Assembly: GCA_951406725.2 (NCBI GenBank)
Contig: OX597819.1
Location: 131,812,001-131,876,000, forward strand
Direction: 5' to 3'
DNA length: 64,000 nt
Origin: Octopus vulgaris
Lineage: Eukaryota
Below are positions 49,970-63,500 of the stretch, in pieces. Below the pieces are notes generated by a model that was not told the DNA's origin, made no database searches, and was given only the letters and a program-made list of their open reading frames with translations. How positions within the stretch are numbered: the first letter of the stretch is position 1; each line of letters opens with the position of its first letter. A program made the position numbers and the translations under genes.

Positions 49970-50228
49970 AAGAAAAAGCAAGAAAAATTACATCAAAAAA
50001 AATAATCACAGAAGATATTATACGTCCATAATATAATATTGTATTAATAAATATATAAAGTCTGATTATTTAAAAAGGTTTGAGGTATCTTAAAACTGTT
50101 TCATGAATGTATTACCTCAAACCTTTTTAAATAATCATTCTTTATATATTTATTTATACAATATTATTTATATTATGGACGTATAATGTCTTCTGTGATT
50201 TTTTGATGCAATTTTTCCTGTTTTTACT
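49970..50228. repeat. AT-rich foldback, arms about 110 bp
   Basis: ...tttaaaaaggtttgaggta [about 24 nt] tacctcaaacctttttaaa..., complementary out to the ends. Confidence 0.92.
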
Positions 50229-51023
50229 CTCTAATATATAATCGTTCTTATCAAATCTCTAAATACCTTTATGGCTTTAGACATTTCTCATACCAAGAGC
50301 ACCTATCTGAAATCCAGTTCACTTTATTCTCACTGAATATATTTGATTAACTATCATCATCATCGTCGTTTAACATCCGTTTTCCATGCTAGCATGGGTT
50401 GGACGATTTGACTGAGGACTGGTGAACCAGATGGCTGCACTAGGCTCCAATCTTGATCTGGAAGAGTTTCTACAGCTGGATGCCCTTCCTAATGCCGAGA
50501 GTGTAGTGAGTGCTTTTACATGCCACTGGCACAAGGGCCAGTCAGGCGGCACTGGCAACGGCCACGCTCAAATGGTGCTTTTTATATATATTTATTTTTA
50601 ATTAATTTAAACAAAGGCAAAGTATTTCAACTGAAATATAGCAAAAGGATTAACATGACGGCAACATTTGGCCCACACAGGTTCAATCAATCGGTTGATT
50701 GAGATTCTGTGATCACAAGTAATAAACAAACGATCAGACCAATGGATTTAAGTCATAGAAAATGTAAAAATGGAATCTGTGAGGTTCAATCATTTCCTTT
50801 AGGACAGCAAATACATGTGCAATCTGATTAGGAATCCAGTGCCTGCTTTGGTGCCTACAAACTTAAGTTACTTTAAGTTGTCTTTTTACAAGAAATTAGA
50901 TGTCATTTCTTTGAAAAAGAAACATCTTTCTGTTAAATGATTAACATTCTGGAAGTCAATCTTTATTCAGTAATTCCAAACATTGTATCAGCCTGATCTC
51001 AATCTCTCCTCTATGACTGTCTT

Positions 51024-51056
<33 letters not shown>

Positions 51057-51989
51057 GGTAAAAAAATGATAAGGCAGGTATATTCCTTGTACGACAGATA
51101 GTTTAAAAGTGAATACGTAATATTGGTTTCAAATTTCAGCCACAAGGTCAGCAATTTTGTGGGAGAGGACAAGTCAGTTACATCAACCCCCAGTATGCAA
51201 CTGGTATTAATTTTACCTGCCCTGAAAGGATGAAGGGCAAAGTCGACCCCAGTGGAATTTGAACTCAGAACGTAAAGACAGACAAAATGCCACTTAACAT
51301 TTTTCCCAGCGTGCTAACGGTTCTGCCAGCTCACCATACTTGTTTACAAACATCACATGATGCCAAGACAAAGGTACACACAAACACACACACACACACA
51401 CAATGGGCTTCTTACAGTCTCCCTAACCCTAACCCAGATTAGGACTGACCAAATTAGGGTTACAATTATTTATGAAGGAATTAAAATATTACCTTGTATA
51501 TTAATTCTAACAAAAGTGACGACACCTGAGAGTTCTTTTAGAGTATTTGTGTATCGTTTTTATATTGCCTCATGGGATATGTTTTTTGAAGGAGCCTGTC
51601 TACAATTTCTTTTGTGTATATCTTTTTTCAGCAATTTGCTGGGGCACCACCTTGAATCAACCCTAGGACTTTTCTTTTTAAGCTTGGTACGTATTTTATT
51701 GGTCTTTTTGGCCAAACCATTACAGGAACATAAAGAAACCAACACCAGTCATCAAGCAGTGGAGGAGGGGAGGGCAAAACACATATACAAAGACAACACA
51801 CACACACACACGTGACAGACTTTTTCCAGTTTCTGTCTACCAATTCCACTCACACAGCTTTGTCAGCCTGAGTCTATTGCAGGAGACACCCAAAGTGCCA
51901 CACAGTAGGACTGAACCTGGAACTTCGATGTGGTTGGAAAGCAAGCTTCTTACCACACAGCCATGCCTGCGCCTAATAACTATATCAAT

Positions 51990-52450
51990 AAGGAGGGGAT
52001 TCCTTCTGCAATTTCTTTGGCTTAAATGTGCTCTGATATCTAGATTGATAATTAGGGTCCTACTGAATTCTGAAACCACGATCGTGTCTTTTGGTAGAAA
52101 TAGTATCCCTAAATATTATTTTTTAAATTTGTGAATATTCTGCTAATTGATGTAGGACTGTGTGGGGTGTAGGATTAGGTGGTGGGTGTTTGGAGGAAAG
52201 TAGCAGGAAGAGTGTTTGCAGTGCAATTTGTGGTGTGCATAGGATGTAAGCAGAGATATGTGGAAATGAGTCATCGGGAGCTTAGTGAAGTATGAGTGTG
52301 TGTTGGTTAGGATGTGAAAAAGAGTTTAGCTTTGATGTCTTTGTAGTTCATCTTGTGTTACCTGTATTGTCTGTGTACCAGGATGTGTACATTGAGGTGC
52401 CACAATGAAGTTTGTATGTTAAGTAGGTTGTGGTAGGTGGGCAGACTGGG
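51990..52450 (-). mobile_element. Probable decayed non-LTR retrotransposon 3' region
   Basis: A/C-rich minus strand like the 43-44.6 kb element; only weak peptide resemblance. Confidence 0.25.
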
Positions 52451-53034
52451 TGGATCGCCAGCATGGAAAGCTGACATTAAACAACAATGATGATGATGAT
52501 CATCATCATCATGAATCAGATGGACTCCCAAAGCCATTTGATGTTTTAGAAATCCTATTATGTTTTTAGAATTGAATATTGGTTTCAAATTTTGACACAA
52601 TTCTGGGGAGGGGATAAGTCAATTAGCTCAATCCCAGTGTTCATCATCATCATTTAACATCCGCTTTCCATGCTGGCATGGGTTGGATGGTTTGACTGAG
52701 GACTGGTAAGCTAGAAGGCTTCACCAGGCTCCAACCTGATTTGGCGAGGTTTCTACAGCTGGATGCCCTTCCTAACACCAACCACTCCGATAGTGTAGTG
52801 GGTGCTTTTTTACATGCCACTAGCACAGGGGCCAGTCAGGTGGCACTGGCATCAACCTAGTACTTAGTTAATTGACCCCGAAGGGATGAAAGGTGAAGTC
52901 AACCTCGGCAGAATTTGAACTCAGAACACAACGACAAATGGAATGCCACTAAGCATTTTGCCCAACATGTTAACAATTCTGCCAGCCTCTCTCTGCCTTT
53001 TCAGATTTAAACATTAAGAATTATAAAAAAATCA

Positions 53035-53161
53035 ATCGTTAAAATATTTTGTGTATTGAAGAAGTATAAACAATTTGTTGCAGATAAATTCTAACAACAA
53101 GATCTTACACGGAACCCACCACCACCGCAAGGGTTTATATGGACTCTGTTTGAGAAGCACC
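53035..53161 (-). mobile_element. Partial copy of the hAT-like MITE
   Basis: Reverse complement of about 62690-62800 (ggtgcttctcaaacagagtccat...tttatacttcttcaatacacaaaatatt). Confidence 0.6.
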
Positions 53162-53412
53162 GAGATGTTTGGTAACATGGTGGTACTATGGAGACATTAT
53201 TTTGTCTTAACATGTTTTGTGATGTCTGTGAAAATGGACATTAAATGACAACGACGACCACCACCAAGTTTTAAAATATATTATTGAAATTTAATTTCTA
53301 AAAGAGATAAAAATGTAGCCACATGTCAAATCAATCTTTCCACATCAACTCTATGTCTATATTTCCCACTACAGAATTCCATTTGTTGTGATAAAAATTA
53401 ATTTGTCTCTCT

Positions 53413-53619
53413 CTTTTACTCTTTTACTTATTTCAGTCATTTGACTGCGGCCATGCTGGAGCACTGCCTTTAGTCGAGCAAATTGCCCCTCAGGACTTAT
53501 TCTTTGTAAGCCCAGTACTTATTCTATCGTTCTCTTTTGCCAAACCGCTAAGTTACAGGGACGTAAACACACCAGCATCGGTTGTCAAGCGATGTTGTGG
53601 GGACAAACACAGACACACA

Positions 53620-53670
<51 letters not shown>

Positions 53671-53832
53671 GATGGGCTTCTTTCAGTTCCATCTACCAAA
53701 TCCAGTGACAAGGCTTTGGTCGGCCTGAGGCTATAGTAGAAGACACTTGCCCAAGGTGCCATGCAGTGGGACTGAACCTGGAACCATGTGGTTGGTAAAC
53801 AAGCTACTTACCACACAGCTACACCTGTGCCT
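53413..53832 (-). mobile_element. SINE family A, full-length
   Basis: Reverse complement of the consensus; further copies at about 51620-51972 and 57220-57578. Confidence 0.9.
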
Positions 53833-54965
53833 ATATATCTAAGGAAATAAAATTAAAAAATAATTATGAAATTTTCTTTTTTAACTTTTCTGGGTTTTCT
53901 CAAATAGTAATTATGGTTATGAATGTTGGTTAATGACCGAAAGGGTAGAAACACGAACAGAAATTAGCAAAGTATGGGAAGAGTTAACCATACTTCTATA
54001 TTCAGTTCATTTATGAGACCTAATTACACCTAATTAGGAAAGATAAATAAACCTAATTAATGACTTAGTGTTATTAATTAGGTTGTAAAATTCTGTATAA
54101 TTGTATTTTATGGAAGCAAAGCAACATGAGACATTTAGTTGAAGCCATGTCTTGTCTCAAACAATTCACACACTTTGCCGTCAATCCTTGGTCGATGTTC
54201 CAGCAGTGAAGATGGTAACTTTCTGGAACAAAGACAAATGTGAAATCTGCCATGTCTTCACTTGTGGCTCACCATGCACTGCTTCTAACCCAAGCATAGA
54301 ATCAAATTAACCAACAACTAACAGAGCAGAAGGATTTTATATGCTCACTGCTCAGCTGAACCGAAGTTTAAACATTTCCACTGTTATTACATCGTTTCTC
54401 TTGCAAGTGGATTCATTATTTGTCTCGTTGTAGCCATTCCTGGTTCATTCTCACCCTCTCCTCTAAATGTGAGCAGCCATGGACTTCCCCTACAACCCCC
54501 ACCTGCTCTGCATCACCTACTTCTCATTCCCTGACCTTCGTTTCCAAACAGAAAGCTCCTCCTACCTCAGGTGTCCAGCCAGAGAAACCATGACAGATAC
54601 TGAAGCCATCAGATCCTGTTAAACTGTATAACCCGTGCCAGCATCGAACATGGACTTCAAATGATAATGGTACAGGATCATGCTTGTACCTGCGATCGCT
54701 TGTACAAAAGTCTCGTCAGCCAGGTGTTGTTCTCAGTTTTCCTATCAACAACTCATCCAGTCACTTCATGCCTTCAAAGCTGTGTGGCACAAAAGAGCCC
54801 TTACTTAAAAACAGGTAAGGGTTAGCATCAGGAAAGGCATCCAGCTGTAAGACAATGCTTGAGATAGATAACAGTCACCAAACCCATGCAAGCATGGAAA
54901 ATGCAAAACAAATAGCAAAATCCAAGGAGTTGTAGTTCGAAACAGCTGCACTGGAATTAATTTCC

Positions 54966-55193
54966 TTAACCCTTTACCATTTAACCTTGCCATACCTGGC
55001 CGAAATAATCTCCCGCTTTTGTGTTCAAAATAACCAAATCCAACTTCTTACGGCCACCTTACATTGTCACTCGTAAAATAAACAATCACATCATCAAAAC
55101 TTCAAAGCTACAAGAGAACAGAGGATTAATTGATCACAAGGTGAATGAACAAACATTGCGTTTCACAGAATAATCTGAATGCTAAAGGGTGAA
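54966..55193. mobile_element. piggyBac-like MITE family 2 (other copies about 30180-30403, 37766-37986, 40170-40284 inverted, 9725-10080 split by a SINE)
   Basis: ttaaccctttaccatt...aatgctaaagggt; the copies share a ggccagatctggcctctcacacc core. Confidence 0.6.
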
Positions 55194-55579
55194 ACTAGAA
55201 ACAGGAAAAACTCATGGCGTTTTCTACAGAGTCTTGAATTGTGGGATAGGTGGAGCCAAAGTCAGTTAATAGAGTCAGTGTTTAGACTTACAACGGTCAA
55301 TTGTTGAGAGGAAATACAATGAGTATGTAAATACTTATAGCATTTCCGATGTATAATAGAACAAATATTGTATTTCCTCATGTATAACCTAACAAATTGG
55401 GACAAAACTGAGGAAGGGATATACACAAGTGTAAAGAATGAAAAGAAGAGGGGGGGAAAAAAAGGATGTTACGAAGAGGAGAGGGGAGGGGTAATCCCAA
55501 AACATCTGATGATTAATGTATACATCCCATTGTCTGTATGAAACACCATTTCCAAGCTGAATGTAGTTCCTTGTACTGA

Positions 55580-55790
55580 ATGTAATGAACAGAGCCAATG
55601 TGGCTCACTGTAATAAAAACAGTAAACAGGTCCAGTGTGACTGACTGAAGTGAACATAGTGAACCGGTCCAGTATGGTTTACTACCATAGTGGACATGGT
55701 GAACAGGTCCAGTGTGGCACCATGGTAAACATGCCAATGTGGTTCACTGTTGGGAACTTAGTGAATAGACTGAATATAGTTAACTGTAGT
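55580..55790 (+). repeat. Degenerate ~38-bp minisatellite
   Basis: Recurrent gtgaacaggtccagtgtgg / cactg.agtgaaca motif, about five units. Confidence 0.7.
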
Positions 55791-56044
55791 GAATAAATCC
55801 ATTGACAATTGTTAATCTGTTCATGTGCCAGGTGTGTGTGTGTGTGTGTGTGTGTGGTTACACACTGCATTGTTTAAGAGCTGTTCTTTAATTGAGAAGA
55901 TTATACGTGATAGTTACATTATTGATTTGTACCAATAGTGGAACCCACATACACCCTTGTATTAAAAGCAGGGATATGTAGAGAAAAGAGGTACATTGTA
56001 AGACAGTCTGTTGTACACAACACCCTCAATGCACACAAACACAC

Positions 56045-56076
<32 letters not shown>

Positions 56077-56816
56077 CTGTGTGTGTACTAAAAATATAAA
56101 TCTAAAGAGATGTAAGAAACACCATTGTATACATGTGTTTGCTGAACGTATGGATGTGAAAGAGAGACATTGTAAGAGCATTTTGTCCATCTGTACACAC
56201 ACACATCATTGTCATTCAATGTCCATTTTCCATGCTGTCATGGGCTGGACTGTTTGACACAAGCTGGCAAGCCGGGGAACTGCACCAGGGTCCAATTGCC
56301 TATTTTGGTTAGGTTTTTTTTACGGCAGGATGTTTCTCCTAACATCGACCACTTTACAAAGTCTGAGTGATTCTTATGCGGCACTGGCACAATTGGCTTT
56401 TAGGTGGCGCCAGCACCAGTGGGGTTGCCAAGTAACTTGCATCAGGTTATGAAGAAAGAAGAAACCCCCCCACCTCAACTGAAGAAAATGCCAAATAGTA
56501 AATAAATGGTAAAGATTAAACAGATGACAAAGAAGAAAAAAAAAACAGCAGGAAGTAATCTCAAAAATCTCAGCCATTCTCTTATTGCCACCTGGGCAAA
56601 AGTAGCTTGGAAGCATTTACCTGAACATATGGTTTCCAAAAGCTTTTTTTTTTTCAAGAACTGACATCCCTGCTGTGGAATGAACAGGATGCAATTAGAA
56701 GCATCACTGCAAGTTTAGATGAAGATAAAGAACTGAGATAGCAACATAAAGCTAAATCAAAAAGAACAACTGTAGATATTTGAAGCATCAAATGAGGAAT
56801 TCGACATTGATGATCT

Positions 56817-57017
56817 TTAACCCTTCTGTTACCAGTTTTTGGTTGAAATAAACTGCCTTTGTTTCAATTCGTTTTGAAAATAATGAAGAATTTAGTGAGA
56901 TAATTGTGTTGTTTAGAACCTAACATGAAATTTTTATGGAAATTTAATTTAGATCATTTTAAAAGATCATTGTAGAAGTAGGGATGGTCACAGGTGGGTT
57001 GGTATCAAAAGGGTTCA
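56817..57017. mobile_element. piggyBac-like MITE family 1 (other copies about 1340-1565, 9260-9600, 30545-30715)
   Basis: Ends ttaacccttc.. and ..caaaagggtt(a/c)a, i.e. TTAA-CCC termini; at least four similar copies in the window. Confidence 0.6.
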
Positions 57018-57054
57018 TAAACACATTTCATGAAGAACAATCACCTTCTCTTAC

Positions 57055-57092
57055 CTGTTCTACAGCCTTTGCTCAATAAATTTTAAAAAAAG
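57055..57092 (-). other. Possible non-coding (5' UTR) exon
   Basis: Minus strand reads ttttttctttag|CTTTT...GAACAG|gtaaga, with good splice signals but stops in all three frames. Could be a chance match. Confidence 0.2.
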
Positions 57093-58214
57093 CTAAAGAA
57101 AAAATCTGGAACCACGTCAGTTTTGGTGACTGACTTTCACGATTTGCAGCAAAATCGGAGTCGAGGAGGCAGTCACCAATAAATAAATAAAAACAACTGT
57201 CCTTCATGATTTTAACATTACTCTTCACATGTTTCAGTCATTAGAATGTGGCCATGCTGGAGTACTGCTTTTGAGAATTTTAGTCAAATGTATCAACCCC
57301 AATACTTATTCTATCGGTCTCTTTTGCCAAATTGCTAAGTAACAGGGACGTAAACACCAACACCAGTCGTGAAGCAGGGGGAGGGGACAAGTACAGACAC
57401 AAAGACACACACACATATATATACATATATGCATAAAAAAGGCTTCTTTTAGTTTCCGTCAACCAAATCCACTCACAAGTCTTCGGTCAGTCCAAGGCTA
57501 TAGTAAAAGACTCTTGCCCAAGGTGCCACACAGTGGGACTGAACCTAAATTGTGCAAACTTCTTTCCACACAGTTATGCATAATTTAATGACATTTTCTT
57601 AATGTTGTATGACTCAGGAATGGTTTGGATTCTTACACATGAATAATAGATTTGGCAGAGTGATGGATTCCTGTCACATAGACATGGCATAATTTGTGTG
57701 ATGTAAATGTGACAACTTGATCACATATGAGGCAGTCACCAATATTCAAATTATCTTAGAACTTACAATCTCATGCTAATGAAATCATTTCAGTTACCAA
57801 ATCATACGAGTGACTCAGCTTCATTCAGCATTAAAGAAATTTATTAAAAGCAGCACTTTTCCAAAATCTTCAGTCCATTCTTCTGTAATTATCTTGTAAG
57901 AAACTTTATCTCGTTCTTCGGGACCAAAAATAATTTGGTTTATTGAGTCCTCCATTTTATGTTCAATCCGTGAACTTCTGCTCAATGTTGTCTACAACAT
58001 TATAAGCTTTGAAATGCATATTAAAATGTTTGCAATAAATTTTGAAGCCACAGTTGGAAACACACAATGGTAAAATACGAGAATCATTAGCGGCAAATAT
58101 ATTTGAGCAAAGCTGCAAAGTCAACAATGGTTTTAGAGTAAATTAGTATGACACTATTGATTTCAGGTTGTCTTGAATCTACAGTTCCTTTAGAAGCCAG
58201 TAATTATGTCTTGT

Positions 58215-58500
58215 GAAGTGGTTACGGTATTTGCCTCTCAATCATAAAGGTTGAAAGTTCAATTCCTGACATCACATTGTGTCCAGTCCACTCAACTGAC
58301 AAAAATGAGTCGTACCTGAAATTCCAAAGGAGCCAACCCCTTATCACATCCCCTGTTATGCTGAATCTCCCTGAGAACTACGTTAAGCCTATGTATGTCT
58401 GTGAAGTACTCAGCCATTTGCACATTCATTTCATGAACAGGCTGTTCTGTCAATCAGATCAACTGGAACGTTTACCATTATTACTGAAGGAATGCCAATT
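58215..58500 (+). mobile_element. SINE family D (tRNA-like head)
   Basis: Head gtggttacggtatt...agttcaattcc; related segments at about 46755-46945 (+) and 12520-12780 (-). Confidence 0.55.
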
Positions 58501-59910
58501 CTGTCTTAAAATCCACAGACCCTCAGCTCCCACCCACAAACAAGAAGGAACAAGATTGCAACACACATAAATCTTCTTAGATTTATTCATTTGGTAGCTT
58601 TTTACAAGACAATGAATCGTGTACGTATATATAAATGCCTGTAACACAATGAACTTTGCTTAACATCTATTTTTCCAAACTAGCAAAGGATAGGAAGGAA
58701 GGTACCTGAAGAAGGTTTCTACAGCAGGAAGCCCTTCAAGTCACCAACCCTCGTCTGTTTCCTGTTTCCAAGGAAGGTAACGCTTCTCCATAACCAGACA
58801 TATTTTCATGGAAGGTAGGAAATGAAGGACACTGCTTGTATGACAGTGGCACTCATTTACAACAATCACATCAAGTCGACACAAGGGCACACACACACAC
58901 ATATATTGGGCTTCTTTCCATTTCCATCTTACAAAATCCACTCGGGAGGCTTTGGTCAGTCCAGGGCCATAGTAGAAAACACCTGCCTGAAGTTGCATGC
59001 AAATGGATTGAACCTGAAATCATGGGATTAGGAAACAAACTTAACCATGCAGCCACACTTGCACCTACGAATAATATTAATTACGGGACTGGCTGTGAAA
59101 TGAAACAGAGAAAGAGCAGTTAAATCTTTATTGCCCATAAGGGGCTAAATAGAGGGGACAAACAAGGACAGACAAAGAGATTAAGTCGATTACATCGACC
59201 CCAGTGCGTAACTGGTACTTATTTAATCAACCCCGAAAGGATGAAAGGCAAAGTCGACCTTGGCGGAATTTGAACTCAGAATGTAACGGCAGACAAAATA
59301 CCACCAAGTATAAAAATTTTGCCAGCTCGCCACCCAAGAGCAGTTAAATATTGATTTGTTAATTTTAATTAACTACAACATACAATTTAACCTTAATATT
59401 CTTTTTTGTTTTAAACAAATCCTATAAATAAAAAAAAAAAGAGAAAATAAAAGAGCAATAATACAATGCCCGATGATAGAGAGAGAGAGAGAGAGAGAAA
59501 AATCTTTTCTACTCTCGGCCCAAGGCCCAAAATAGAGAGAGATAAATGAACCAGAGTGATTATAATGACAGCACAGTGTCTGACCTATTGAGTTAGTACA
59601 GAAAACTATTTGACATTATTAACTAATTGTAGGTCATGTTCTCATCAAAAGTGATCCCTTTTTTTTGTCTATTTGTTCATTCTGCTTCTGACAAAGCAAA
59701 CCCCCACACCCCCACACCCACTAATAGAGAGTTTCCTTTGCAGGTTAAAAAGCAATCCAACTTGCAAAGGACAAGGTTAGCATTTCCTGGCTTATAATGG
59801 AAAAATGATATCATTCCAACAGTCCAATATATATATATATACAGCATTAATTCTGACCTAAGTCACTCGCCAATTTTATATATCAGATTCAAAGTCACTC
59901 TGTGTGTATG

Positions 59911-59946
<36 letters not shown>

Positions 59947-60771
59947 TATACACACACACATACACACAGATATATTAGCAACATGAAATAAAATTAGGGT
60001 GTAGCTGAAACTGTATATTCCTATGTCCATGTTTATTTGTAGAATATTACTCTTTTTTTAATGCAAATAAAAACATATAAAGATAGAGAAAGGTCGGTTG
60101 CCATCAGAGAAGAAATTCCCCTCTTATAAATATTTAAAGCCTTAATTCTAATTCATCTCTCCCCCACCCCAACTATTTCATGTTGTGTCAAGACACACTG
60201 AAAGACCACCATTTCAATGTGCTCCATTAACACGAACAGTTTAACCACTTCCTTCTGTGTCGTTACCCATTTAGGGACTCGTTTAGAATTCAGGCTTGCT
60301 CATGGATTACGGAAAGAAAGTGGAAAAGATCACTCGGGTACAGAGCAAGGAAACGGAGAAAAAAAAGGTTTAAATATCAGTAATGTGTTGTGCATGCAGA
60401 AGAAACATCTTCCATTAAACATTTTAAGATGGTTGGAAGTGGTAAAGCAAAGAATGAGGAAGCATAGAAGAAAGAGGAAGGGGACGAAGACAGAGAGAGA
60501 GAGAGGGGTGGTGAGAGATGAAAGGATAAGGATAAAAGAGACAGATAGAGAGATGGAAGTGGATAAATGTGAATGAAAGAGAGAGAGGGGGAGGAGGAGG
60601 GAACTGATATATATAAAGAGAATCACAAAATACCAAAATCTTCAGTGGAAATGGAATTTGAATTTGTGAGAGTAATTAAATGTCTCCATTTGAAAACATG
60701 TCCTGAGACATTTTGAAATATTTATAAAAAGAGGATTAACCGAGTAAATGTTTTCCTGGATGTCAGGTGAT

Positions 60772-60979
60772 ACTCTTTTACTTGTTTCAGTCAGTTGACT
60801 GCGGCCATGCTGGAGCACCGCCTTTAGTCGAGCAAATCGACCCCGGGACTTATTCTTTGTAAGCCCAGTACTTATTCTATCGGTCTCTTTTGCCGAACCG
60901 CTAAGTGACAGGGACGTAAACACACCAGCATCGGTTGTCAAGCAATGCTAGGGGGACAAACACAGACACACAAACATAT

Positions 60980-61018
<39 letters not shown>

Positions 61019-61181
61019 CGACAGGCTTCTTTCAGTTTTCGTCTACCAAATCCACTCACAAGGCATTGGTCGGCCCGGGGCTATAATAGAAGACACTTGC
61101 CCAAGATGCCCACGCAGTGGGACTGAATCCGGAACCATGTGGTTGGTTAGCAAGCTACTTACCACACAGCCACTCCTGCGC
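60772..61181 (-). mobile_element. SINE family A, full-length, young
   Basis: Very close to 36653-37055, sharing ggcattggtcggcccggggc. Partial heads also at about 4750-4945, 5290-5450, 25455-25650, 33655-33800, 46445-46600, 58900-59065 and 63640-63785. Confidence 0.9.
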
Positions 61182-62687
61182 CTGATATATATATAAAACA
61201 AATAAAAAGCATGTAAAATATCAGCATCCTTACTTTGGAGTAAATTCTGTTTGTAGATTCTAAATTTTGTACGAATCCTCAGAAAGGAGACAAAGAGAAA
61301 AATGAGCTGGTTTTACAGGCAACTTCTAATATTGTTTGACAACACTCAGTTTAAGATGGGTTTTAAACTCATTTCTCCTTCAATGAAGTGATGCAGGTTT
61401 TGTCTGGACACTAAACTCTGCTTGCGAAGACCTGTTGAGGCAACCGAAATCAAATTCAATGACTGGCATCCGTGCTAGTGGGGCACTAAGAGCGTGATCG
61501 TTGCCAGAGCGACTAACTGGCACATAAAAGGCACCATTTGAGTGTGATCATTACCAGCGTTGCCTTTCTGGCACATGAAAAAAATATTCGAGTCAGGTTG
61601 TTGCCAGTACTGCCTGACTGGCCCCCATGCCGGTGGCACGTAAAAAGCACCCACTACACCCTCGGAGTGGTTGGCGTTAGGAAAGGCATCCAGCTGTAGA
61701 AACTCTGCCAGACCAGATTGGCGCCTGGTGCAGCCATCTGGTTTGCCAGTCCTCAGTCAAATCGTCCAACCCATGCTAGCATGGAAAGCGGATGTTAAAC
61801 GAGTGATTTGGATGCTTTTTATGTGGCACCAGCACCAAAAATACTTGATAAAGTCTGTGAGCCGTTGGCAAACAAAGAAGTCCTTTGGATACGAGACTGC
61901 ATGCAGAAGAGGATGTAAAATGGTGGCATAGAAAATACTGGACGGGAGTAAGATTAACAAGCAATGTTCTTGAAACTGCAGGCTGACCAATTCTATGTTT
62001 GCAAAAGACGGAAATCAATATTTAGTTGTTGTTATTAATTAAGAAGGCAAGCTGGCAGAATTGTTAGCAATGCTGGGCAAAATGCTTGGCGGCATTTTTC
62101 ACATCTTTACATTCTGAGTTCAAATTCCACTGGGGTCAACTTTGCCTTTCTTCCTTCTGGGGAGTCAATAAAAGGAGAACCAGTTGAAAACTGGGGGCCT
62201 ATGTAATTGACTTCCCCCCACACACACACACACTCTCCTGAAATTGCTGGCCTTGTTTGAAACTTTGAAAGCATTTTGTGAGAAGAATCTGCAGATGTTG
62301 TTTGATTACCTTTAAAAGTATGCAACCTAAAACTAAACAAACAACTGACTAATTTCAGAAAGAGAGTAATTAGGAAAATTAATTAATTTACATATCAAAT
62401 AGATAGTAGAATAATTTCTTTAACCGTCAAAATATTTCATCAAAATACTGGATTCAAGAATATTACCAATTATGATCCTTCCCAAATGGCAATGGAAGAA
62501 ATAGTTTAACGAAGCCGTGTCTAATTACACCAGAACAAGTAATTATCACAAATGAATCAAGATGCTAATTATACAACGTTGTTTCCCTATTTTCTCATGC
62601 TTGTATGGCTCAGGTGAAATTTGTTGAGGTTTATCTTATAAGACCAGAAGCCCTTCTGTATTCAAGTCAGGTAATACTTCCTGTAGC

Positions 62688-63500
62688 CAGGTGGTTCTCA
62701 ACTGGAGTCCATCTAACCTTTGGGGGTCCACACACGATTTTATTGTTAAAATTTACCTGCAATAAATTGTTTATACTTTTACAATACACAAAATATTAAA
62801 AATAAATTTTTCTACAATTTCTAATATTATAATATAATAGGCTACTAGTTAGTTAGTTAATTTGGCTCAAAAGCAAATAGCAAGGCCATGTAGGGGGACA
62901 TGGAGTTAAGTACAGGGTGGTGTTCATGTAAAGAGTTCCAGCCACTTGAGGTCAAGGGAGGCTTTGAACAAAGCGGTCGTCAGCATCTTCACCATCTCGT
63001 CTGGCAGCTTGTTCCACGGATCCGCAACCCGGACGGAGAAAGCTCCTCTCCTTCGATTGAGATGAAATCATCGCAGATAGAGCTTTTCGGAATGACCCCG
63101 CAGCCAACGCTCTGGAGTAGCACTGAAGAACAGCTCTTTCGAGAGGTTACACTTTCCGCTTATGATGTTGTGGGCGAGAATGAGATCACCATGGCGGCGG
63201 CGGCGTTTTTCAAGAGAATAAAGGTTGAGCGTCCTCAGCCTTTCTTCATAGGACAAATTTTTGAGACCATGAACCATGCGGGTAGCCAGCTTCTGGACTC
63301 TTTCGAGATGCTGTATGTCTTTGAGGAGATAAGGAGAAGAGGCTTGAATCCCATACTCCAATATGGGTCTCACCAGCGTGACATAGAGTGGTAGGAATAT
63401 GGCTGCTGTGAGCATTCCGAATGACCGTCGAATCAAGAACAGGGTCCACCTGAGTAAATAGGAATCAAAAGGAGTCCATGGGTAGAAAATAGTGACTTTA
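62688..63500. mobile_element. hAT-like MITE split by the CR1 insertion
   Basis: Begins caggtggttctcaactggagtccat and resumes gggtccacctgagt..ggagtccatggg after the CR1. An inverted partial copy lies at 53035-53161. Confidence 0.6.
62845..63448 (-). mobile_element. CR1-clade LINE, 5'-truncated 3' end, relatively young
   Basis: ORF reads LYVTLVRPILEYG...SPYLLKDIQHLERVQKLATRMVHGLKNLSYEERLRTLNLYSLEKRR..GDLI...LRGHSEKL, the CR1 ORF2 C-terminus. It has a short (AACT)n tail and is CpG-rich relative to its flanks. Confidence 0.93.

Noticed and set aside
62900-63394. 164-aa plus-strand ORF
   Set aside because: Antisense shadow of the CR1 ORF2 fragment.
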